From NCBI GenBank assembly GCA_964016885.1, contig OZ024743.1:27404001-27468000 (forward strand): DNA of 64,000 bases. The letters run 5' to 3'. A program made the translations under genes and the position numbers. Below are positions 55,195 to 64,000 of this stretch, piece after piece (within the stretch, counting starts at the first letter, position 1; every line of letters begins with the position of its first letter). The notes below the pieces were generated by a model, which had not been told where the DNA came from, ran no database searches, and saw only the letters and a list, made by a program, of their open reading frames with translations. The stretch is from Eledone cirrhosa. Its lineage: Eukaryota.

Positions 55195-57258
55195 ATGTAT
55201 ATTTATATATATATATGTGTGTGTTGCCGAATTTCATATATCTAATGATTATACGGTATGTTTACCAATAAACATTTATAAAGTCTTCTAGCTATGAATA
55301 TTTAAAAGCTGACGGCTAGCGCTGTCTAGCAGATACCGACAGAATTAGCGGAGGACAACTGTCAATGCATTTCTGGTTCTGACCGACATCAGGACAATGA
55401 TTCCCCTGCTGTCTGCTGGAATTTGAAACAGGCGAAAATATATAGTTTCTTATGCCTATTAGATGGGCTGATTAGCCTCAATTGCTCATGGAGCTCTACT
55501 AGCCGCCTCAGCTTGAAACTAGAATTAAAGATTTGCCACGAAACACATACACATACCCCCCCCCCCGCATATATGTCAGACATAGCTTCCATTTATATAG
55601 AATATGAAGCAGTTTACTTACTTTGATCTACACCAGATTAGTTGCCTGCATCTTAAGTAAGATTGTTGCACTGAGAAATGAACCACCTTGAAGTTTAATA
55701 GCTCTTTACAATAACAATACGTGTTTTGTTCTACGGAAACTTTTCGGCATTCATGAAACGAGACAAATTATGTTAGAGAACCATTTAAATTATATTATCT
55801 CAAATATATATTCTATTTAAAGACACATTGTCAATGGTAAATTTAATTATATTTCATTTAGTCTCTCTTTAAACTCTGATTATTTAGTTGAGAATACTCA
55901 CTAAAGTTTGTAAGATAGTGAAATACTTTTCTCTGCATTATATTCTCGCTCTTTTAAAAAATGTATTCAATTTAACGGTAGTACTGAAGCAACTTATTCG
56001 AAGACACTTTGAGGTTCTTTTCTTGGTCATTATAATAACTCATGCAGAATAAGAGTTGTGTACGTGTGATTGGGTTTTAATTTCTGATTGAAACATTTCC
56101 ATTTCAGTCATTATATTGATAGAATTAGGAACAGCATCATCAAAATATCTTATTTACCAACTACTAAAGATAGAAGACATAAATTTTGTCTTGATTCTTA
56201 CCATTCATTCACCCCTTTCTCTCTCATTGATATTTCCTTAAATTCTAGAAACAAGCCTCGACATGTTAAATGCTGCAGTTATTTATATCAAATGATATGT
56301 CCCCAATTTTACTTCCCATTATATTCTTGATTTCCAACATCGATCTCGTACTCAACTAATTAAATGCTGCGTCTATTCAATCAGGATAATTCATACATTT
56401 CTTTTCTTATAAGATTAGTAGTAAATTGATCTATCATCCTGACCTATTTTACGGTGTAGTCTACAAAAACAAAAGGAAAAAATAAAGTCAAAATCAGTTC
56501 GAAAAAGCATTCCTACAATGAATTGATACGAATACAAACATTGTAAAACAATGAAGGCGGTACTGAATGCTTAGTACTCTTAAACACACACACACATACA
56601 CATCACAGAAAAGAAAATTACACTCACACACACTTACACGCACACATATGTTTTCTGATGCGGGATGTTGCAATTGTAAAAATATTCCATTTCTGTGTAG
56701 TTCACGTTCAACACAGATTTCTCGACAATTGGTAGTCCGGCACTCCTTTTTATCCGGTTATAAGTATAATTGTACACTTGTTTTTCCCGCAATCTGGAGG
56801 TTAGCGCGTGGCGTTAGACGTAATTTAAAAGGTTTGTGGCACCACATTGTTATTATAGATTGAGAATAGTGAGTGTATGTGTGTGTTTTGAGCAATAAAA
56901 AGAAAGAAAGAAAGACAGAAAGAAAGACAGAGAGTCAAAGGAATAGACAGAAAGAAAGAGTGAGAAATAGAAAGAAAGTAAGAGAGAAGGAAAGAAAAAT
57001 AAAGAAAGTGAGAGAGAGAGAAAGAAGGAAAGAAAGAGACGTCTACAGGGGTTATACAATGGTCAGAGAAAGGCGATAATTAAAAACAGCGGTGGGAATT
57101 TTGAATAAAAAGGGGGAAGGAAAAGGTGTAAAGTTTAGAGGAAGTGACGTTAACCTGGAGTTATATTAATCAGATCAACAGGACAATTTGAAAGTTTGAA
57201 CTCTAACACATTTGAAATTCGTGAGAGGGAGTTAAGGTGAGGAGAAGAGAACAATATA

Positions 57259-57335
57259 CAGGGTGCCGCTCAAAATGTATGCACATTTCAACAGAAGATA
57301 ATCAATGTGTGTATACATTTTGGGGGGACACTCTG
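57259..57335. mobile_element. Tc1/mariner-type mini MITE (~77 bp)
   Basis: TA-CAGGGTG..CAAAATGTAT.CACATT / AATGTG..TATACATTTTG..CACTCTG imperfect TIRs. Confidence 0.7.
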
Positions 57336-57379
57336 TGTATTGTAGGGTTTCCAAACTGTCAAAATTTAAAAAGGTATAA

Positions 57380-57980
57380 TTGGCTAACAGAATGATAAAT
57401 GATGATTATTTCCTGTGGAAAGGATATTCTTAATGTAAGTACGAGGTGTTTGCTTGTACTTGTAACTTTAGGGTGAGTCATCTAACTACGCAAGCGAAAA
57501 AGCGTTCCACGAAGTGAGCTGCTGAACTGAAATATTTAGTTAGAAGTTTGAAGAAGGTTTGGCTGTTGTATCAAAATCCATATATGTATTTGCCAAAGCG
57601 ATCATCTTAGTGACAGTCTGTTTCACTCCCCTATTGAGATAAGCAAGGAAATAGATAAGGTTCGTAGAGATATAGTAAAAAAAAAAAATCTAATACTTAT
57701 ATATGGCTCGGAAGATGATTATAAATGTAGGCTGGAGTTAAACGGACACGTATAACATCAGATTGACAGTATTTGAAGTTGTCGAGATGAAAGTTGTTAG
57801 AAAGAAGGGAATACTCGAATGAGGAGGCTGAGGAAGCCTTTGTATCATTTGAAAGAGGAGAAGAGGAATTGAGAAATATAGGAGGATTGTAAGTGTTAGA
57901 GGAAAGGAAGTAGTGAAAAATGTTTCATTGAATCTGCAGAGCTGAAGAGTAAAATTTAATTGGAACGAGAACCATAACAT
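57380..57980 (-). mobile_element. Heavily decayed PLE RT remnant
   Basis: Faint motifs: ALANTYMDFD (cf. ANIFM..FE) and a decayed Y..P.I.K-like segment. Confidence 0.35.
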
Positions 57981-58065
57981 TGGAGATATACTGTAGAAGT
58001 AAGAATACTGAAGCGTAAGTAGGCTGGGCTTGGTAGCATGGTGATAAATGTTGATTCATACTTTG

Positions 58066-58257
58066 CAAACCTGTCAACTCACCCAGCGTGACGGGGAGAT
58101 CTCCCACCCACATTGGGTGACAGATGTCTTCCCTTGTAAAACTGGGTATAGCTTTCATTATTTAACATCTCCCCATTTTGCTTCATTTCTCCCCGTTTTG
58201 GGGCACCTTTTTTCATGGTACTCCCCGTTTGGGTTTTTTCAGAGGTTGGCAGGTCTG
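58066..58257. mobile_element. hAT-like MITE with apparent 6-bp TSD
   Basis: TIRs CAAACCTGTCAAC / GTTGGCAGGTCTG; ACTTTG at 58060-58065 and 58258-58263. Confidence 0.6.
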
Positions 58258-58526
58258 ACTTTGGGCTAACGTAGCTAATTCACTCCTAACAGAGAAGGCA
58301 AGGACATTAAGGCTCTGAGTATCGTAGCTTTAAAATAAGAATCACAGCTAAATAACTTTTAAATAACATTGTTACTTGATATTGCAACTATTTAATTATA
58401 TCAATAAACAAGGAACCTAAGAATATTTCAGCAATTATTCTAAAGTCATGTGTTTACGAAAGCAGTTTATATATAGATTAAGATAGATTTATCTTCTATT
58501 CCAAGCACGTATACAAGCGGGGGGGG

Positions 58527-58650
<124 letters not shown>

Positions 58651-60909
58651 CGCACACACACACACACGCAGACACACACACACTCACATAGTAGTTTGAT
58701 AGTCTAGGAATTATCTACATTGGAATAGACAACATTCAATTAAAACATACCCTGAAGCACGTAGAATATATAGCATAGAAACCAAAGACAGCAATGCAAC
58801 GAACAGACATGCTGAGATGACTCACGGGCTTTCGATCTCCACCTTCAATAGAAAACAACGCTTGCCTATAGACAGTGTAATGCATCTTTCGTTGATTAAT
58901 CTAATGAAATGGCTGCCATATCAACTGATTATATGAATAGTTCGACACTTTATAAATAACTCCTTTTATTATTATCTTGACTATCACAAGGATATTATTT
59001 TCTTAACTAAGTATCAACACCAGTAAATTGTTGTGGAATTATCGATAATATTTAACATAGTTGGGAACAATAAAGTCTAGGAATTACTGTTTCGAAGATT
59101 TATAAACATTCAGAATGGTTCATACACCATGGGAGACATATAGATGCTTATAGCATAAACTATACGCATATTGGCACATATACAATACATATAGATACAA
59201 AACGCAGGACTAAGGGGTGTAAATAAGAGATTGAAAAGTATCATAAAACAATATTATTCAATTTGGCAGAGATACTTTATCCTTAAAGTCATTTTGCCCG
59301 AGATTGAGAAAAGTTAACTCGAGAGGTAATTAAATCCCGACAAGATAATAATAGAATTCGAGTCTGGCTTCCGTAAGCTTTCCAGTCATTAAAACATCAT
59401 TGCAAGTTTTATTTTGATGAATTCTTCCAACTGTAAGACATCATAGATACATACATATAAAGCCAGGTCAATTGATATTGACAAAGACATATATGGAAGC
59501 TTGTAACATTAAATAATAGTAAATGGCAGGTAAAATACACTTACATAATACTGGAAGTTGTATACATCAAAAGAAAATAAGCCAAAATATACGGAGAACC
59601 AAATTATAAATGCGAACATTGCAATGTAATGAAACATAGTTACTTAAACGAGGCTATGACTGCTTACATTATGACAGTGAGATTTGTCATTCGTTCGTAC
59701 TAATATACGGCTAGTTGGGTGGAAGCCATTTCATATTTAAATATATTGAGCTTCTGGATCGAACAATACGTCATCCCGGTACAAGGAAACGAACTGCCAA
59801 TAGGTCATCTTCAGTCGTTTTCTACATGATGCTTCCTGTTTAAATCTTGGTTGATTTCGTTTACTTTTTGCATAAAATGAATGAAAGATCATACCTAAGA
59901 AACATTGGCATTTCCATTGCCGATAATATCTAGCGGTTAGACCTCCTGCATAAGGATTTGAACTCAGAGCTCACTAAGTCAGATCAGATACAGTAAAACA
60001 TCTCATCCGACCTTTTAAAAATTACGTCAATCCATCATCCCTGGACTATTACGTTATTTACTGACTCTGAAAGAATAAAAATAGTTTTTCTCGGAGCCAA
60101 GTGAGCCAAAGTAAACACAGAGGCATTTGATCCGGTGCAGAAATGTCTGCTAATTTCCTGCTTTTACATTTAAGTTTCACATGCTATTGCAAAATTCTAG
60201 ATAGGGATTCATTAATGGAATAGCATAATATAATCTAAATTGCTGGGAAGTCAACTCCGTTAACCAAATTCGTTATTTGGTTGACGTTATCTTAGTTCTT
60301 TCCAGGAGCTAATATAACACTCTTAGAAGAAGCATGGATATCATAACACGCATGTCCCTTACTCTACAACAATCGATTTAATCCTACATTAGCAAATACC
60401 ACTTATAACAATTGAAATCTTTGAACATTCCTTGGGATTTACTAAACTTTCAAAAATGAAAAAAAAAAAGAGAAAAGAAAAAGGAATATGCCTGCAGGAT
60501 ATTCTCTCAACAGGTGACAACTACTTAAGTGTCTTTTGGAGATTAACGCACTTTGTTTTGCATCGAACTGCATTTATCTATGTATATATATATATATAAT
60601 ATGAAATTCCATTAACTAAATCGTAGATTGAAGGTATGTCAAACCACAGTCGCCATTTTAGTTCTTCGAAAGGGAATGACTGTAACTTAAATGGATTTCC
60701 TCCATTAATGTTATAATACAGGACATATATGCATACACAAAAGATAACATTTTCCTAAAACACATAATTTTCATTTAAACAACTAAATTATAATTTATAT
60801 TTTAATTCCCTTATTTCACGTGTATAACAGACATATACACACGTGCACACACTCGTGTACACACACACACGCACATATCGACACACACACACACACACAT
60901 ATATATATA

Positions 60910-61222
60910 GTTGTAGGGTTACAAGGTAAATGCGTCCGTAGGCGAGATGCCGGTTGTGCACTCGATGAAGAGTATAATATTATAAATACGAGGAATCAGT
61001 GTTGCATTATCTCACATTTATTAACATATTACATATGTTTCTCTGTCGATCAGCTCGAGGCAAGATCTGTTACAGATCGAACCCGACTCTGAAGATTCTT
61101 CGACGACAGAGTCGGATTCGATCTGTAACAGATCTTGCCTCGAGCTGATCGACAGAGGAGCATATATAATATGTTAATAAATGTGAGATGATGCATCACT
61201 GATTCATCGTTCTTTATAATAT
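60910..61222 (-). mobile_element. Fold-back PLE 3'-end element with ~115-bp arms
   Basis: Arms 60977-61091 and 61107-61222; minus strand of the left arm has GAAAC-ATAT-GTA then AATAAA; (TA)n flanks. Confidence 0.7.
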
Positions 61223-61229
61223 ATATATA

Positions 61230-61411
61230 GAGGGAAAATTCCGTTATAACGAATACTATTTTAACGAATGTTTCAGTATAACGAAATGTTTTTCAATCCT
61301 CGAGGTAATAACAAATGCTAGATTTCTTTCGGTCGATCTCGTTATAAATAGTTTTTCGTTACAATGATTTATTTTATACCTCGTGAATTTTGCTATAACG
61401 GAATATGACTG
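61230..61411. mobile_element. pogo/Tigger-like MITE, decayed
   Basis: ATTCCGTTATA / TATAACGGAAT..GACTG-TA termini; internal TAACGAA repeats. Confidence 0.6.
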
Positions 61412-62067
61412 TATATATATATTCGTGAGATGTTGCCGAACGTAAGAATAAGTACTCACTACCAAAGTAGAGTTTAAATATTCTTTATTTTGACTAAATG
61501 ACGAGACTTGTTACTCAGGTGTTTCACATGTGTACTCATCTCGTCTGAGGATCTTGTAGACACACAGGTGAAAGTCCAGAGTAACAAGTCTCATCACGTA
61601 ACCACAATAAACAATATAAAATGAGATTTTAGTTTGAAGGTAGAATGGATGCCCTTCGCATCCATATGTATACGCATGTTGATGTGTTAAAACGTGTTTT
61701 CCAGTCCAATAAGTCATGGTAGGATAAGCACACAGTTAAATGTTAGAAATTAAGGCAAGGAATCGAAAAAAAACCCATTGATACAGCATTTTCGATGTAG
61801 CCCTGGTATTAAAGATATGTTTTTGAGAAGGTTTTTGGAGCGGGAGATTACTACCTGTTCGCAGCGGGGTAACTTATGGCTAGTTATCGAGAACAGTAGG
61901 TAGGTTTTTGGATCTGTATTTAGGTAGTATGATTGGAGGCAGCGGCAAGCATATCATAAATAAAAAAGATGTATAAATTTTCTTATGGACTGGTATTCTT
62001 CGAGCTTTGGCCTACTTAGATTCATTGTTATTAATGGAGATCCAATAGACCCCTCACACACAATATA

Positions 62068-62156
<89 letters not shown>

Positions 62157-62502
62157 ATAAGTACCAATCAGTACGAAACAGTGCTCTGTCAGCTTTATCT
62201 CCCTTATTTGCTGAAAATTTAAAGTAAGTGAGACTGTCACTACTCTAAAACAATACTGTAAGGTCTTCGAAATGCTTTTAATTAAGCATACAGTTTGCAA
62301 AATACACTATATATACATTCATGTATATATATATCGCTATTTGAGATCACTAATTCTAATTTTATATATATATGAATGTATATACAGTGTATTTTGCAAT
62401 ACACTGTATGCTTAATTAAAAGCATTTCGAAGACCTTACGCTATTGTTTTAGAGTAGTGACAGTCTCGCTTGCTTTAAATTTTCAGCAAACAGGGAAGAT
62501 AA

Positions 62503-62547
62503 AGCTGACATAGTTCTGTTTCGTACTTTTTGGTACTTATCAAAGCT
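62503..62547 (-). ncRNA. Type I hammerhead ribozyme, U3-A8 variant
   Basis: AGCT-TTGATAA-GTAC-CAAAAA-GTAC-GAAAC-AGAACTAT-GTC-AGCT. Confidence 0.75.
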
Positions 62548-62866
62548 AAGTACTCCACCTGTTTGCTGAAAATCATGAATGTTTGATTCTTATAGAATTC
62601 TAGTAATAATCAGGAAGTGATTTTACAGAGCGGTTGCCGGTCAAGCAGAAATTGAAAATTAGAATTGGTGCTCTGAAATAGCGATATATATATGAATGTA
62701 TATATAGTGTATTTTGCAATACATTGTATGCTTAATTAAAAGCATTTCGAAGACCTTTTCAATTTCTGCTTGACCGGAAACCGCTCTGTATAATCAGGTC
62801 CTGATTATTACTAGAATTCTATAAGAATCAAACATTCGTGATTTTCAGCAGACAGGTGGAGTACTT

Positions 62867-62912
62867 AGCTTTGATAAGTAGCAAAAAAGTACGAAACAGA
62901 GCTCTGTCAGCT
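62867..62912 (+). ncRNA. Type I hammerhead ribozyme, U3-A8 variant
   Basis: AGCT-TTGATAA-GTAG-CAAAAAA-GTAC-GAAAC-AGAGCTCT-GTC-AGCT; distal stem I ATTTTCAGCAGACAGG / CCTGTTTGCAGAAAAT. Confidence 0.75.
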
Positions 62913-63037
62913 TTATTACCCCTGTTTGCAGAAAATGTAAAGTAAGTGAGACTGTCACTACTCTAAATCAATAGCGTAAAGTCTTCGAAATGCTTTTAAT
63001 TAAGCATACAGTGTATTGCAAAATACACTATATGTAC

Positions 63038-63068
<31 letters not shown>

Positions 63069-63071
<3 letters not shown>

Positions 63072-63242
63072 CGAAGGAAATGTGGTAAGGAACCAGGTGG
63101 ACCATAACGCACCAAAGTACTCAATACTTAGGGTAGTAGAGTTGGTAATAGGAACAAGTAAGACCCCGACGGTTGAGCTCAAGCCGTATCAACGGCTAGC
63201 CGTCGAAACGGCTTGAGCTCAGCCGTCGGGGTCTTACTTGTT

Positions 63243-63247
<5 letters not shown>
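63069..63247 (-). mobile_element. Fold-back PLE 3'-end mini-element, loopless hairpin
   Basis: Arms 63148-63197 and 63198-63247, centred on ACGGCT|AGCCGT; same family as 54084-54283; (TA)n flanks. Confidence 0.75.
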
Positions 63248-63282
<35 letters not shown>

Positions 63283-64000
63283 TTGGCGTAGACATTACAA
63301 TACAACGGGAGGAAATTTAATAGTACCACTGAATATTTCACAGATGTGTGACGAACGAAAGAACTTTGATAGACTATATATATATATCTGTATTTTTAAC
63401 CGTTGGTCAATCAATGATAAACATTGATTGCCAGATAAATCATTATCTATAAAAGGCAGATTGTTGTTGTTGTGTGTGTGTGTGTGCATGTTCCATGTTT
63501 GTACATTTGCACAATTTCAAACCGATTCGACTCAACAACTGTAAGAATGTTGTAAATGGTCTAACTTAGGTAAACGACTATTTATTTCATCACACACACC
63601 CACAATTACGGAAATAATCGATAAAACTAAATACATGACGCTTTACCCCTCTAATGGAATCTGAATACCTCTCTCTACTCCCCTTAAACTTTAAGAGAGA
63701 GAGAGTGAGAGGGAGAGAGAGAACGTTTGTTTTTGAGTGTGGAACGGTCAAATATTTATTTACTTCAATGACAAAGAGAACTTATTACATTTCATACGAA
63801 ACAACAATTATTCAAAAGCAACAGATAAATTTATTCAACAACAAAAAAAATAGCGATAAATCTTTTTTAAAACATCTATCAACGAACGTGGAAGAAAGAA
63901 GTATCAGATCATTTACTATACACAATAATATCCTCTATGAGATCACTAAACCTGCTAGAAACAGCAGCTAACTCTCCCCCATATCACACCCCTCCCTACT

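Larger units (their letters stand above)
62154..63045. mobile_element. Non-LTR retrozyme-like element: 320-bp circularly permuted monomer in three segments (+ 62154-62363, - 62364-62760, + 62756-63045)
   Basis: TATGAATGTA..GTGTATTTTGCAAT recurs at 62371 and 62691 (320-bp period); each segment carries the HHR; no ORF; (TA)n on both flanks. Confidence 0.8.

Overview
AT-rich, microsatellite-saturated eukaryotic intergenic or intronic DNA. The SINE, Penelope and (TA)n/(CA)n content suggests an octopod cephalopod (inference). No host protein-coding gene can be supported, and most listed ORFs are microsatellite artefacts. Recognisable elements are: a deleted Gypsy-like LTR element with a tRNA-Trp-like PBS plus a second LTR copy; two long Penelope-like elements (PLEs; RT + GIY-YIG), each with an inverted copy of its 3' tail at the truncated 5' end; a 5'-truncated Tx1/L1-clade LINE in (GATA)n; CRE-, RTE- and CR1-like fragments; about 20 copies of a tRNA-derived SINE; and several MITEs and Helitron-like pieces. 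The most interesting signal is a set of hammerhead ribozyme (HHR)-bearing elements inserted in (TA)n tracts. (1) A 320-bp circularly permuted, retrozyme-like repeat at 62154-63045 has an HHR with the compensatory U3-A8 core (UUGAUAA), and a relative at 6090-6423 keeps the canonical CUGAUGA. (2) A Neptune-like PLE has a minimal HHR that also uses U3-A8 (UUGAAAA). (3) Many small fold-back hairpin elements turn around in or just 5' of HHR stem II. All coordinates and alignments were read by eye.
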